Origin: Thermoanaerobaculia bacterium
Lineage (GTDB): Bacteria; Acidobacteriota; Thermoanaerobaculia; Multivoradales; Multivoraceae
Reading direction: 5' to 3'
Length of the DNA stretch: 64,000 nt
Assembly (NCBI GenBank): GCA_963666565.1
Contig: OY762911.1
Location: 1,536,001 to 1,600,000, forward strand
In this document: one piece after another, positions 1 through 10,567 of the stretch
Layout of the letters: every line of letters begins with the position of its first letter
How positions within the stretch are numbered: the first letter of the stretch is position 1
Notes under the pieces: generated by a model
The model's database searches: none
What the model was told of the DNA's origin: nothing
Seen by the model: the letters and a program-made list of their open reading frames with translations, nothing else
Made by a program: the position numbers and the translations under genes

Positions 1-252
1 CTGCGAACGCGTACCCTGGGAACCGGCAGGATGGTCGGCGGTTCGCCTGCGGGCGGCGCGCCGTCGCAGTTCAGTCCGGTCGGTGGATCGGGCGGCGGCA
101 TCCGGCCCGGGACGCCGGTCGGGCCCGGCGGCAGGCAATCGACCGCTCCGGCTTCCGGGACCTTCCGCGGCAGCGGCGGCCGGTTCCAGCCGAGCGCCCG
201 CAGCAGCGCGCAGCTCGAGACGACGATCCGGCGCGCAGTACCGGCGCCGTAG
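1..252 (+). CDS. Probable 3' end of a gene entering from upstream; Gly/Pro/Ser-rich tail
   Basis: Frame 1 is open from base 1 to TAG at 250-252 and is followed by a REP-like element between convergent genes. No recognisable domain. Confidence 0.4.
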   Translation: MRTRTLGTGRMVGGSPAGGAPSQFSPVGGSGGGIRPGTPVGPGGRQSTAPASGTFRGSGGRFQPSARSSAQLETTIRRAVPAP

Positions 253-262
253 AGGAGGGGTC

Positions 263-330
263 GGCGCGCGGGTCTTCCGACCCGCTGCCGCCGAAGGCGG
301 CCGGAAGAACGCGCCGCGTAGCGGCGACCG
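263..330 (+). repeat. REP-like three-hairpin element (type A first hairpin)
   Basis: GCGCGGGTC-TTCC-GACCCGC, then GCCGCC-GAA-GGCGGC, then GCGCCGCGTAGCGGCGACC. Near-identical copies at ~5797-5910 (+) and ~18329-18396 (-). Confidence 0.8.
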
Positions 331-340
331 TGCCGCCGCC

Positions 341-1792
341 CTAACCCACCGCCTCGACCCGCAGCCCCGTCAGCAGCAGCGTCGGCGCGCCGACCGCTCC
401 CGGCACGGGCAGGAACCGGAGATCGTCGCCGATCGCGCGGATGCCCCGGAGCAACTGCCGCACGGAACCGCTCAGCCTCACCCTGGGGGCTTCTCCCAGG
501 ACGGCGCCGCGGCGAACGACCTGGCCGATCGCGTCGACCTCGAAACGGGCTTCGGCGCCGTTCGCCGCGGCATCGAAGGTCGCCAGGCAGCGTCCTTCAT
601 GCGCCCGGTCGACCAGGTAGCAGCCGTGGACGATGCCGCTTCGCATCGATTCGGCGGGTTCGTCGCCGCCGGCGATGTAGAGGTGGGAGTGGCACAGCTC
701 GGGCAAGTCCCGCCATCCCGACCGCCGGCGGCAGCCCGCGGCGGCGAAGCCCGACCAGCCGTCGTCTTCCCATCCCAGCAGGGGTTCGCCGGGCTCGCCG
801 TCGCGGACCAGCGGCACGGCTCGGGTCGGGGTGCCCTCGTCGTCCGCCACCGCGCTCATCCAGCCGCCGTCGAGGCCGCCGTCGTCCACGATCCGCAGTC
901 GGGGCGGGCCGAGGGGGCGGCCATCGCCGAGTTCCCGCAACTGCCTCCAGCCGTCGCGCCCCCGCAGCACGGGCGCGAGCAGGGCCAGCAGGTTGCAGGC
1001 GAGCGCCGGCGACGCAACGACCTCGCCGGCCGGCAGGAAGGGCGGCGGGGGGGCCGTCGCCAGCTCCAGGCGTTCCGCGACTTCGGCGGCGATGGCGCCG
1101 GCGCTCAGCAGGTCGAGGCCGGGCGCCGCCCGGTAGAGCCGGCAGTGGCCGTCGCGGCCGTTCCGGGAAGCCGCGAAGTCCAGTTCGAGCGTGACCAGCC
1201 GCAGGGCGGTCCGGGCGGCGGTGCCGGTCGTGCTGGCGAGCGCCGAGGCGCTGGCGCCGCTGTCCAGGCTGGCGCGGATCAGGCGGGCCTCGGGCAGTCG
1301 CTCGCCGAGATTCTGGAGGATGTCGCGCAGGAAGGCCAGGCTGGCCGCCTCCCCGTCTTCCGCCGCACCTCGGCTCGCGTCGCGGTCCGGCGGCCGCGCC
1401 GTCCCGGCGCCCCGCGGCGGCCGCCCGAGGGCGCCCGATCGCGCCGCCTTCCCGGCGCTCGGCGCCGGCAGCCTGAGAGCGCCCGGCCGCAGCGAGTGGA
1501 GGTTGAGCCGCTTCCAGCCGTTCGGTTCGGGAAGCAGGCCCGAGTCGGCGAGGAAGAGCGCCTTGCCGCCGCCGCCGGCGCGGAGCGCCCAGCCACGTTC
1601 GTCCATGACGGAAACCTGGACGTTCAGGTTGTCCGGGTCGGTCGGCGCCGGCGGCCGCCAGGGGGCCACCTCGATGCGGCGCGTGTTCCCGGCCTTCACG
1701 TAGAGCTCGGCCGCCGCCGCGCCGGTGCGTTGCCGCACCGCCCGCAGCGCCGACCCGAGGCGCCGCACGTTCGGCAGACGGGCGGAGGTCAC
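341..1792 (-). CDS. PmbA/TldE-family metallopeptidase-like subunit (divergent)
   Basis: C-terminal DDEGTPT..LVRDG and GDDLRF...GAPTLL motifs. GTG start overlaps the tldD-like stop (GTGA at 1789-1792). No HExxxH motif. Confidence 0.7.
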   Translation of the reverse strand: MTSARLPNVRRLGSALRAVRQRTGAAAAELYVKAGNTRRIEVAPWRPPAPTDPDNLNVQVSVMDERGWALRAGGGGKALFLADSGLLPEPNGWKRLNLHSLRPGALRLPAPSAGKAARSGALGRPPRGAGTARPPDRDASRGAAEDGEAASLAFLRDILQNLGERLPEARLIRASLDSGASASALASTTGTAARTALRLVTLELDFAASRNGRDGHCRLYRAAPGLDLLSAGAIAAEVAERLELATAPPPPFLPAGEVVASPALACNLLALLAPVLRGRDGWRQLRELGDGRPLGPPRLRIVDDGGLDGGWMSAVADDEGTPTRAVPLVRDGEPGEPLLGWEDDGWSGFAAAGCRRRSGWRDLPELCHSHLYIAGGDEPAESMRSGIVHGCYLVDRAHEGRCLATFDAAANGAEARFEVDAIGQVVRRGAVLGEAPRVRLSGSVRQLLRGIRAIGDDLRFLPVPGAVGAPTLLLTGLRVEAVG

Positions 1793-3126
1793 TCGGCCGT
1801 CCTCAGCCCTTCCAGGCGGACGGCCGGGCAGCGCGCCCAGACCGGCAGCCGCGCGCCGCCTTTCGCGCACCATCCGGCCCCCCCCGCCCGCGGCCGGTCG
1901 CCGACCGCGGCGACCGCGGCGAGGAGGTCGGCGGCGCGCGACCGGATCTCGACCGGCCCCGTGTAGTCCACCGGGCCGCTCCTGCCGATTCGCCGGCCGC
2001 ACGGCGCGTGGAGCACGCACCGTCCGTCGAAGGGATCCAGACTGCCCCGGTCGAACTCGCCGATGTAGAGGCCGCCGGCCGCTTCGGCGAAGAGGTCCGC
2101 TTCGGGCACGGCGCCGGGCAGCAGCTCCAGGTGAGCGGTGCGCGGTCCGGGCAGCCGGTGCCGGTTCGCTCGCCGGCCGGCGCCCGGGATCATGCCGGGG
2201 CAGCGTTCGGCCCACGCGAGGTCGGCGAGCGGCTGGCGAACCCGGCCGCGCCTCAGCAGCCAGCGGGCGACGACCGCCGTCCCCTCGTCGTCGCTGGTGC
2301 GCTCGCAGCCGCCGGGCGCGGCGCGCGGGTCGTCGACGACGTCGAGTTCCGTGCTGCCCAGCCTCAGGCCGATCGCGTGGTCCGGCGCGCCCGTGAGCGC
2401 CAGGGTGTCCGCCTCCAGCGCGTGGGCGACGACTTCGTGGAGCATGACGGCGGCGGCGTTCGGTCCGAGGACGACGACGTGGGCGGGCCGGTGGGCCGGC
2501 AGGTCCCGCGAACGCATCCGGTCGACGAGGCAGGCGGCCACCGGGTCCAGGTCTTCGTCCGCGAGCGAAGGCAGGAGTCCGCCCCAGACGCCCCACGCGG
2601 TCGCCGCCTGCAGGCTGTAGTACTCCTCGAACTGCGGCGCCGTCGCGATCGGGCCGCGGATCACCTGGACCTGACGCCGGTGGCGCCGCGCCGTGACCTT
2701 CATCGGGAAGCCCACCCGCCGCCGGTTCACGGCGCGGGTCAGCCGGGATTCGGCGCGTTCGATCTCGTTCAGGCGCAGCGCCGGCCAGCGGCCGGTCGCG
2801 ATCCGCGGCGGCGCCGGGCCGATCGAGCCCCCGGTCGCTCCCAGGCGGTCGCAGCAGGCGGCGAAGGCCGGCCCCGAGATCGCGTCGGCGGAGGCCAGCC
2901 GGCTGCCGCCGTTCTCGACTCTCCGTATGGCGAGCCCCTGTTCCCGCCGCAGGCGGACGCGATCGGCGGCGCCGGCCGGCAGGAACTCGACGGTCTCCAG
3001 CCGCTCGAAGAACGCCTCCAGCCGCTGGTCCCCGTGCCCGGCCAGACGGGTCAGCGCGGCGGCCGGCGCGGCGACGTCGGAGGCGAGCAACGGCGGCGGC
3101 TCGGCGCGGTTCGCAGGTTGCGCCAT
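1789..3126 (-). CDS. TldD-family metalloprotease
   Basis: [12 protein letters not shown] metal-binding motif, DDEG, and C-terminal CAKGG..LPV. Start taken at ATG 3126 (MAQPAN). Confidence 0.8.
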   Translation of the reverse strand: MAQPANRAEPPPLLASDVAAPAAALTRLAGHGDQRLEAFFERLETVEFLPAGAADRVRLRREQGLAIRRVENGGSRLASADAISGPAFAACCDRLGATGGSIGPAPPRIATGRWPALRLNEIERAESRLTRAVNRRRVGFPMKVTARRHRRQVQVIRGPIATAPQFEEYYSLQAATAWGVWGGLLPSLADEDLDPVAACLVDRMRSRDLPAHRPAHVVVLGPNAAAVMLHEVVAHALEADTLALTGAPDHAIGLRLGSTELDVVDDPRAAPGGCERTSDDEGTAVVARWLLRRGRVRQPLADLAWAERCPGMIPGAGRRANRHRLPGPRTAHLELLPGAVPEADLFAEAAGGLYIGEFDRGSLDPFDGRCVLHAPCGRRIGRSGPVDYTGPVEIRSRAADLLAAVAAVGDRPRAGGAGWCAKGGARLPVWARCPAVRLEGLRTAE

Positions 3127-3217
3127 CGGGTGGATTCTAGGGGTTCGCGCCACGAGGACGACAGGCCGCCGCGCGTCCGGCCGCCGTCGCGGGGCCTGTG
3201 GTAAGAAAGCCGACCGG

Positions 3218-4804
3218 ATGACCCCGGCAGCGAAACCAGACGAGACCGCCGCCGACCTCCGCGGCCAGCAGGTCCAGGAACTGGAGCGGAGGCTCCGGCA
3301 GTCGCAACTGGGCGGCGGCGCCGAGCGGATCGACCGCCAGCACGCGAGCGGCAAGATGACGGCGCGCGAGCGGATCGACCTGCTGCTCGACCCGGGCTCC
3401 TGGGTCGAGATCGACGCCCTCGTCACCCACCGCTGCACCGACTTCGGGATGGACAGCCAGCGCGTGCCGGGCGACGGCGTGGTCTGCGGCCACGGTCGCG
3501 TGGACGGCCGCCCGGTCTACGTCTTCGCCCAGGACTTCACCGTGTTCGGCGGCTCCCTGTCCGAGACGAACGCCCGCAAGATCTGCAAGGTGATGGACTT
3601 GGCGGTCGAGAACGGGGCGCCGGTGGTGGGCCTGAACGACTCGGGCGGCGCGCGAATCCAGGAGGGCGTGGCCTCGCTGGGCGGCTACGCGGACATCTTC
3701 CTCCGCAACACGCTGGCGTCGGGAGTCGTCCCGCAGATCAGCGCGATCATGGGGCCGTGCGCCGGCGGCGCGGTGTACTCGCCCGCGATCACCGACTTCG
3801 TGCTGATGGTCGAGGGGACGAGCTACATGTTCGTCACCGGCCCGGACGTCATCAGGACGGTGACCCACGAGGACGTCTCGATGGAGGAGCTCGGCGGCGC
3901 GATGACCCACGCCCGCAAGAGCGGCGTCGCCCACTTCACCGCTGCCGACGACGCCGCCTGCGTCGTCATGATCCGCGAGCTGCTCGGCTACCTGCCCGGC
4001 AACAACCTGGACGATCCGCCGCTCCGTCCGACCGACGATCCCGACGATCGGGAGGCCCCGGAGCTCGACGAGCTCGTGCCGGTCGATCCGAACAAGCCCT
4101 ACGACATCCTCGACCTGATCGGCGCGGTCGTGGACGACGGCCGGTTTCTGGAAGTCCACCGGCACTTCGCGCCCAACGTCGTCGTCGGCTTCGCGCACAT
4201 GGGCGGCCGCAGCGTCGGCATCGTCGCCAACCAGCCGAACTACCTGGCGGGCGTCCTCGACATCGACGCCGCGGTCAAGGGCGGCCGGTTCGTCCGCTTC
4301 TGCGACGCCTTCAACATCCCGCTCGTCACCTTCGAGGACGTCCCCGGCTTCCTGCCGGGCGTCAAGCAGGAGCACGGCGGGATCATCCGCAACGGCGCCA
4401 AGCTGCTCTACGCGTTCGCCGAGGCGACGGTGCCGAAGATCACCGTCATCACCCGCAAGGCCTACGGCGGCGCCTACTGCGTCATGGCCAGCAAGCACCT
4501 GCGGACGGACGTCAACCTGGCGTTCCCGACCGCGGAGATCGCCGTCATGGGCCCCGGCGGCGCGGTCAACATCCTCTACCGCCAGCAGATCCGGAACGCG
4601 GACGACCCGGAGGCGCTGCGCGACGAACTGACCGCCGAGTACCGCGAGAAGTTCTCGAACCCCTACATCGCCGCGGAGCGGGGCTTCGTGGACGCGGTGA
4701 TCCCGCCGCGGACGACCCGCGGCGAGATCGTGCGGGCGCTGCGCCGGCTTGCCGGCAAGCGCAGCGGCGTGCCGGCGAAGAAGCACGGCAGCGTCCCCCT
4801 GTAG
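3218..4804 (+). CDS. pccB: Acyl-CoA (propionyl/methylmalonyl-CoA) carboxyltransferase beta subunit
   Basis: Motifs [53 protein letters not shown]. Start ATG 3218. Confidence 0.92.
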   Translation: MTPAAKPDETAADLRGQQVQELERRLRQSQLGGGAERIDRQHASGKMTARERIDLLLDPGSWVEIDALVTHRCTDFGMDSQRVPGDGVVCGHGRVDGRPVYVFAQDFTVFGGSLSETNARKICKVMDLAVENGAPVVGLNDSGGARIQEGVASLGGYADIFLRNTLASGVVPQISAIMGPCAGGAVYSPAITDFVLMVEGTSYMFVTGPDVIRTVTHEDVSMEELGGAMTHARKSGVAHFTAADDAACVVMIRELLGYLPGNNLDDPPLRPTDDPDDREAPELDELVPVDPNKPYDILDLIGAVVDDGRFLEVHRHFAPNVVVGFAHMGGRSVGIVANQPNYLAGVLDIDAAVKGGRFVRFCDAFNIPLVTFEDVPGFLPGVKQEHGGIIRNGAKLLYAFAEATVPKITVITRKAYGGAYCVMASKHLRTDVNLAFPTAEIAVMGPGGAVNILYRQQIRNADDPEALRDELTAEYREKFSNPYIAAERGFVDAVIPPRTTRGEIVRALRRLAGKRSGVPAKKHGSVPL

Positions 4805-4846
4805 AGACACGTACACGCCGGCAGACACGCGGAGAACGACGAGCGA

Positions 4847-5356
4847 ATGAGCGACATCAGGGTTGGAATCGTCATGGGCAGCGACTCCGATTGGCCGACG
4901 ATGAAGAAGGCGGCGAAGGTCTGCGCCGACTTCGGCGTCGGCTGCGAGGCGCGGGTTCTCTCGGCGCACAGGACGCCGCGGGAGACGGCCGCGTGGGCCG
5001 AGAGCGCGGCCGATCGCGGCATCGGCGTGCTGATCGCGGGCGCCGGCGTCGCGGCCGCGCTGCCGGGCGTCGTGGCGGCCGCGACGACCTTGCCGGTCGT
5101 CGGCGTCCCCGTGGCGAGCGGTCCGCTGAACGGGGTCGATGCCCTGCTCGCCATCGTCCAGATGCCGCCCGGGATCCCGGTGGCCACCGTGGGCGTGAAC
5201 CGGGCCGACAACGCCGGGTTGCTGGCGCTCCAGATCCTGGCGCTCGGCGACCCGGAGCTGGCCGCCGCGCTGAAGGACTACCGCGGCCGGATGGGCGAGG
5301 GCGTCGCGGCGGCGGACGAGCGCGTGCGGCAGGACGCGGGCGCCCTCCAGGAATGA
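4847..5356 (+). CDS. purE: N5-carboxyaminoimidazole ribonucleotide mutase
   Basis: Motifs IVMGSDSD, SAHRTP, IAGAG, PVVGVPV, VQMPPGIPVATV. Confidence 0.95.
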   Translation: MSDIRVGIVMGSDSDWPTMKKAAKVCADFGVGCEARVLSAHRTPRETAAWAESAADRGIGVLIAGAGVAAALPGVVAAATTLPVVGVPVASGPLNGVDALLAIVQMPPGIPVATVGVNRADNAGLLALQILALGDPELAAALKDYRGRMGEGVAAADERVRQDAGALQE

Positions 5357-5790
5357 GATTCGCGGTCGGCGCGGATCATGCCGGCGTCGAGCTGAAGGAT
5401 CGGCTCGGCGAGGTACTGCGGGCCCGGGGCATCGAGTTCGTCGACTTCGGCACGGACGGTTCGACGGCCGTCGACTATCCGGACAAGGCGGCCGAGGTGG
5501 CGCGGGCCGTTGCCGCCGGCGAAGTGGACCGCGGCCTGCTCGTCTGCGGCACGGGAGTCGGCATGGCGATGTCGGCGAACCGGTTCGCGGGCGTCCGCGC
5601 CGTCAACCCGACGGACAGCTACACGGCGCGCATGTCGCGCGCCCACAACGACGCGAACGTCCTCGCCCTCGGCGCGCGCGTGCTCGGCGCCGGCCAGGCG
5701 ACCGAACTGCTCGCGGTGTTCCTCGACACCCCCTTCGACGGCGACCGGCACACGGCGCGCGTGGCGAAGATCGACGACGCGGCGACGTAG
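5353..5790 (+). CDS. rpiB: Ribose 5-phosphate isomerase B
   Basis: Motifs ADHAG, DYPD, CGTGVGM, SRAHNDANVL, RHTARV. ATGA overlap with purE. Confidence 0.95.
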   Translation: MRFAVGADHAGVELKDRLGEVLRARGIEFVDFGTDGSTAVDYPDKAAEVARAVAAGEVDRGLLVCGTGVGMAMSANRFAGVRAVNPTDSYTARMSRAHNDANVLALGARVLGAGQATELLAVFLDTPFDGDRHTARVAKIDDAAT

Positions 5791-5796
5791 CTCGCT

Positions 5797-5910
5797 GGGT
5801 GCGCGGGTCTTCTGACCCGCTTCCGTTGATGGTGGCGGCCAGCATCGTCGGCGGGGACCCGCCGGCTGCCGCCGCGGGCGGCGAGAAGGACGCGCCGCGA
5901 AGCGGCGACC
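5797..5910 (+). repeat. REP-like element (type A) between convergent rpiB and folC
   Basis: GGGTGCGCGGGTCTTCTGACCCGC ... GCGCCGCGAAGCGGCGACC, matching the copies at 263 and 18329. Confidence 0.75.
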
Positions 5911-5942
5911 CTCCTGCGATCGCCGTCCTCCTGCGATCGCCG

Positions 5943-7331
5943 TCACCGCTCGAACCCGGTGACGAGGTCTCGGGTTGCCTGCGGTACGCCGTGGCCGCGA
6001 CGGAGCGCCGTGCGGACTTCGCCGACGAGGTAGAGAGAACCGGTGACGACCAGGGCGTGGTCGGCACTCGAGGGCGCCGCGAGGCAACGTTCGAGTGCCT
6101 CCGAGGCGTCGTCGTTCACGCCGGCCCGGTCGGCGGGAAGCAGCGGCGCCAGATCTTCGGGCGAGGCCGCGCGGGGGTGGTCGAAGGCGGTCAGCGCGAC
6201 CCGGTCGGCCGGCTCGGCCAGCAGCGGAAGGCACGCTTCGGGGTGCTTCTCGGCGAGCGAGCCATAGAGGAGGTCGAAGCGGAGGCCGGTCTCGTCGAGG
6301 TAGCGCCGGAGCGCGGCCGCGCCAGCCGGGTTGTGGGCGGCGTCGAAGAGGATGCGGCGGCAAGCGCCGTGCGCTTCGACCTCGACCCACTCCAGCCGGC
6401 CGGGCCAGCGGGTCGCCTCGATGCCGGCGCGGACTGCCTCCGGGTCGAGAGGCCGTCCCGCCAGGGCGCAGAACTCCTCCGCGGCGCGCACCGCCAGCGT
6501 CAGGTTGGCGAGTTGGTGGCCGCCGGCGAGCGGCAGGCGGAAGCGGTAGCCGGCGCGCGGCGTGTTCAGTTCGATGGATCGCACCGGCGGGGCGCCGCCG
6601 GCGTCGGCCGCGCTGCGTGCACGGGCAGCTTCGGCGGCACGGGCCGCGCCGGCCGGTTCGAGCCGAACCCCGCAACTCGCGTCAACGAGCCTTGCGCCGC
6701 ACGCCGCCGCGCAGCGCCGGAGCTCGGCCTGCACCTCCGGCCGGCCGGGCCAGGCGAGGCAGGTCCGGCCGGGCCGCATGACGCCGGCCTTCTCGCCGGC
6801 GATGGAGGTCAGGGTCCAGCCCAGTTGCGGCACGTGGTCGCGGGCGACCTGGGCGATCACGGACAGGACGGGATCCGAGACGTTCGTCGCGTCGAGCCGG
6901 CCGCCCAGGCCGACCTCGAACACGGCGGCGTCCACGGCGTGGTGGTCGAAGTGAAGCCAGGCGGCGGCGGTCAGGCTCTCGAAGTAGGTCGGCGGCGTCT
7001 CGCCGGCGGCGTCCAGCACCCGCCGGAGCCAGCGCCCGAGTTCCGCTGCCGGGATCGCCGCGCCGTCGATGCGGAGCCGCTCCTCGACGTGCTCCAGGTG
7101 GGGCGAGGTGTAGAGGCCGCAGCGGAACCCGGCGGCGCTGAGGATCGAGGCCAGCGCGGCGCTGGTCGAGCCCTTGCCGTTGGTTCCGGCGACCAGCACC
7201 GCCGGCAGCCGGCTCTGCGGCCTGCCGAGCGCGTCGAGCAGCCGCCGGGTGGCGTCCAGGCCGAGCTTCTGGCCCCAGACTTCGAGCCGGTCGAGGATCT
7301 CCCTCGCCGAGGGTCTGGTGTCGCCGGTCAC
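5943..7331 (-). CDS. folC: Folylpolyglutamate synthase/dihydrofolate synthase
   Basis: Motifs [51 protein letters not shown]. Confidence 0.95.
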   Translation of the reverse strand: MTGDTRPSAREILDRLEVWGQKLGLDATRRLLDALGRPQSRLPAVLVAGTNGKGSTSAALASILSAAGFRCGLYTSPHLEHVEERLRIDGAAIPAAELGRWLRRVLDAAGETPPTYFESLTAAAWLHFDHHAVDAAVFEVGLGGRLDATNVSDPVLSVIAQVARDHVPQLGWTLTSIAGEKAGVMRPGRTCLAWPGRPEVQAELRRCAAACGARLVDASCGVRLEPAGAARAAEAARARSAADAGGAPPVRSIELNTPRAGYRFRLPLAGGHQLANLTLAVRAAEEFCALAGRPLDPEAVRAGIEATRWPGRLEWVEVEAHGACRRILFDAAHNPAGAAALRRYLDETGLRFDLLYGSLAEKHPEACLPLLAEPADRVALTAFDHPRAASPEDLAPLLPADRAGVNDDASEALERCLAAPSSADHALVVTGSLYLVGEVRTALRRGHGVPQATRDLVTGFER

Positions 7332-7375
7332 GGTGGCGGCGCAGCATAGCGCCGCCGCGCTACACTGACGCCGCC

Positions 7376-8140
7376 ATGTCCGGCCACAGCAAGTGGAGCA
7401 CGATCAAGCACAAGAAGGCGGCGCAGGACGCCCGCCGGAGCAAGGTCTTCACGCGCATCCTGAAGGAGGTCTCGGTCGCGGCCCGGCTCGGCGGCGGCGA
7501 TCCCGCCGGCAACCCGCGGCTCCGCCACGCCCTCTCGGAGGCGAAGGCGCAGAACGTCCCGGGCGACAACATCGACCGCGCCGTCAGGAAGGGCACCGGC
7601 GAACTGGAGGGCGTGTCCTACGAAGAGGTCGTCTACGAGGGCTACGGTCCGGGCGGCGTGGCGGTGCTGGTCGAGACGCTGACGGACAACCGGAACCGGA
7701 CCGTCTCCGAGGTCCGGCACCTGTTCACCAAGCACGGCGGCAACCTGGGCGAGAACGGCTGCGTGGCGTGGATGTTCCAGCGCCGCGGCTTCTTCGCCTT
7801 CGACCGCGCCGCCCTGGAAGGCGCCGGCGTGGACGAGGAGGCGCTGGTCGAACTCGCCCTCGAGCTGGAGGCCGAGGACTTCTCGGTCGAGGACGACGGC
7901 TACCGCGTTTACACCTCGGTCGAGTCGTTCCACGCCGCGAAGGACGCGATCGAGGAGCGCGGCCTGGCCACCGTCGTCGCTCAGTTGACGATGGAGCCCC
8001 AGAACCTGGTTCGGGTCGACGAGGGCGGCGCCGGATCGCTCCTGCGCCTGATCGACGCGCTGGAGGACCAGGACGACGTGCAGCACGTCTGGGCCAACTT
8101 CGACCTCGACGACGAACTGTTCGAGCGGCTGGCGTCCTGA
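7376..8140 (+). CDS. yebC: YebC/PmpR family protein
   Basis: Motifs [39 protein letters not shown]. Confidence 0.95.
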   Translation: MSGHSKWSTIKHKKAAQDARRSKVFTRILKEVSVAARLGGGDPAGNPRLRHALSEAKAQNVPGDNIDRAVRKGTGELEGVSYEEVVYEGYGPGGVAVLVETLTDNRNRTVSEVRHLFTKHGGNLGENGCVAWMFQRRGFFAFDRAALEGAGVDEEALVELALELEAEDFSVEDDGYRVYTSVESFHAAKDAIEERGLATVVAQLTMEPQNLVRVDEGGAGSLLRLIDALEDQDDVQHVWANFDLDDELFERLAS

Positions 8141-8165
8141 GCTTCGCCCGTCCCCTGTCGCCGCC

Positions 8166-8681
8166 GTGATCGTCCTCGGGCTCGATCCGGGCAGCCGCTA
8201 CACGGGATTCGGCGTGGTGGAGCAGGAGGGCTCGCGGGTCCGGCAACTGGACGCGGGGCGGATCGCCCTCACCGCCGAGCCGACGCCGGCGGCGCGCATG
8301 GCGCGGCTGGCCGAGGGCGTGGAAGAGACGCTCGAACGCTGGCAGCCGGCGGCGGCGGTGCTGGAGTCGCTGTTCCATGGCCGCAACAGCCGCTCCCTGA
8401 TCGCGCTGGCCCAGGCCAGGGGCGTCATCCTGTCCGTGCTCGGGCGGCGCGGCCTGGACGTCCGCGAGTACTCGCCGGCAGAGGTCAAGCAGGCCGTCTG
8501 CGGCAACGGCCGTGCCGACAAGACCCAGGTCTCCCGGATGGTCGACGTCCTCCTGGGCCCCGCGCCGGCGCCGCGCAGCGCCGACGCGTCCGACGCCCTG
8601 GCCGCCGCCCTGTGCTACCTGCAGCGGCGTCCCCTGGAGCGGATCGTGGCGGCCGCCGGGGCCGCCGCGGAACGCGGTTGA
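8166..8681 (+). CDS. ruvC: Holliday junction resolvase RuvC
   Basis: Motifs LGLDPG, LAQARGV, EYSPAEVKQAV..G.ADK.QV, DASDALA. Follows yebC. Confidence 0.93.
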   Translation: MIVLGLDPGSRYTGFGVVEQEGSRVRQLDAGRIALTAEPTPAARMARLAEGVEETLERWQPAAAVLESLFHGRNSRSLIALAQARGVILSVLGRRGLDVREYSPAEVKQAVCGNGRADKTQVSRMVDVLLGPAPAPRSADASDALAAALCYLQRRPLERIVAAAGAAAERG

Positions 8682-8689
8682 CCGGGCGG

Positions 8690-8717
8690 TTCCACAGCCG
8701 AAACCGTGTGCTATATT
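8690..8717 (+). promoter_or_regulatory. Putative sigma70 promoter (extended -10) of the exbB operon
   Basis: TTCCAC-N16-TATATT with a TG extension (TGcTATATT) in a very GC-rich background. Confidence 0.5.
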
Positions 8718-8850
8718 GCCCAACCGTTCCAAGGTGAGCCAGGCGCCCCTCCGGTGCAGGGGTCACCGAATGTCCAGAATCGCGTCCGCGTTCGGCGGGC
8801 GGTTCAACCAGGCCCGCGGCAGGCGGGCGCAGTCCCGAGGAGGTAGCTAG

Positions 8851-9516
8851 GTGAACATTGGTGGCACGTTCTGGAAGCTGATGAACGAGGGAGGTCCCGT
8901 CATGTGGCCGTTGCTCGCTTTCTCCGTCATCGCGGCGGCGGTGGTGGTGGAGCGGCTGATCGCGCTGCGGCGGGCCCGGATCAACGTTCACGAGTTCCTC
9001 CCCAAGGTGCGGAAGGCGCTGGTCGTGAACCGGTCGATTCGCGACGCGGTGAAAGTGTGCGAGGAGTACCGCGGTCCGGTCGCCTCGATCCTCAAGGCCG
9101 GCCTGATGAAGTACGGCCAGCCCAAGGAAGACGTCGAGAAGACGATCGAGAACGCGGCCCTCTTCGAGATGGGCCGCCTGGAGCGCGGTCTCGCGGTGCT
9201 GGCCACGACGGCCAACGTCGCCCCGCTGCTCGGGTTCTTCGGCACGGTGACCGGCATGATGGCCGGCTTCGACGCCCTGGCGGCCCAGGGCCTGTCGAAC
9301 CCCGGCGCGGTCGCCACCGGCATCAAGGAGGCCCTGACCACGACCGCCGGCGGTCTGGCCGTGGCCATCCCGACGCAGCTCGCCTACAACTACTTCATGA
9401 GCCGGATCAACAAGTTCGTCCGCGACATCGAGACGTCCGCGAACATGCTGCTCGAGACGTTCGGCGAGATGGAGCGCAGCGGCGTTCCGCCCGAGTCCGG
9501 CGGCGACGCCGGCTAG
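8851..9516 (+). CDS. exbB: MotA/TolQ/ExbB proton channel protein
   Basis: Motifs GGPVMWPL, APLLGFFGTVTGM, GIKEALTTTAGGL.VAIP. GGAGG SD upstream. Confidence 0.9.
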   Translation: MNIGGTFWKLMNEGGPVMWPLLAFSVIAAAVVVERLIALRRARINVHEFLPKVRKALVVNRSIRDAVKVCEEYRGPVASILKAGLMKYGQPKEDVEKTIENAALFEMGRLERGLAVLATTANVAPLLGFFGTVTGMMAGFDALAAQGLSNPGAVATGIKEALTTTAGGLAVAIPTQLAYNYFMSRINKFVRDIETSANMLLETFGEMERSGVPPESGGDAG

Positions 9517-9552
9517 AGGCGTTCTTCCCGGTTCTCAGGCGAGCAGACCGAC

Positions 9553-9981
9553 ATGAAGCTCAAGGCAACCATCGAGCACAAGCCGAACATCCCGACGGCC
9601 TCGATGGCGGACATCGCCTTCCTGCTGATCATCTTCTTCATGCTGACGATCACCTTCGAGGTCGACAAGACCCAGGTGACGCTGCCGAAGACGACCCTCA
9701 GGTACGAGATCCCGAAGCAGTCCGCCTACGTCTCGATCGACCCGAACGGCCGCATCCGGGTTTCCGACGGCACGGAGCAGAGCGCCCTGGTCAGCGCGGC
9801 CGACGAGGTGCTCTCGATGGCCGCCGGCGTCATCGCGATGGACCCGACGAAGGTCTTCGTGGTCAAGGCGCACGGCGACGTGGACTGGCTCAAGGTCGAC
9901 GAGGTGATCGACGCGCTGAAGCGGGCCAAGGTGCGGGACGTCTACCTGCTGTCCGATCAGGTCACCGTCGACGACATGTAG
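9553..9981 (+). CDS. exbD: ExbD/TolR family protein
   Basis: IPTASMADIAFLLIIFFM transmembrane signature. Confidence 0.9.
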   Translation: MKLKATIEHKPNIPTASMADIAFLLIIFFMLTITFEVDKTQVTLPKTTLRYEIPKQSAYVSIDPNGRIRVSDGTEQSALVSAADEVLSMAAGVIAMDPTKVFVVKAHGDVDWLKVDEVIDALKRAKVRDVYLLSDQVTVDDM

Positions 9982-10038
9982 GCTTGGCGAGGCGAAGCTG
10001 AACGGCAACCCGATGCAGCCGATGAACGGAGGCGCAAG

Positions 10039-10476
10039 ATGAAACTTGATCGTGATCGCCCGGACGATGAGATCCCGACCTCGTCGATGGCGGACATCGC
10101 CTTCCTGCTGATCGTCTTCTTCATGGTGACGACGACGTTCACCGCCACCCGCGGCCTGGACTTCGCGCTCCCCGAGGACGACGACGATCCGCCGGTGGTG
10201 GAGAAGGAGGAGTCGGTGCTGATCGAGATCCTGCCGACCGGCGAGCTGATCGTCGACCAGGATCCGATGCTGCTGCACGAGATCATCCCCTACCTGAAGC
10301 CGAAGCTGGAGCGGAACCCGAAGAAGCCGGTGATCATCCGGCCCGACACCGCGACGCCGTACCGCTACATGGTGCAGGTCTACGACGAGCTGCGCCAGGG
10401 CGAGGACCACGGGCTGGCGGAGCCGATCAACATCTCGGTGCCGACCCAGCGCGAGATCCAGAGCTTCTGGTACTAG
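10039..10476 (+). CDS. exbD: Second ExbD/TolR family protein
   Basis: IPTSSMADIAFLLIVFFMV signature. Confidence 0.9.
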   Translation: MKLDRDRPDDEIPTSSMADIAFLLIVFFMVTTTFTATRGLDFALPEDDDDPPVVEKEESVLIEILPTGELIVDQDPMLLHEIIPYLKPKLERNPKKPVIIRPDTATPYRYMVQVYDELRQGEDHGLAEPINISVPTQREIQSFWY

Positions 10477-10567
10477 CCCCGGAATAGGCCCAAGCCGCCG
10501 GACGTTGAACCTGGACATCACGCGAACGAACAACTGACCGAGAACCTGACCGAAGAGGGGTAACCGG

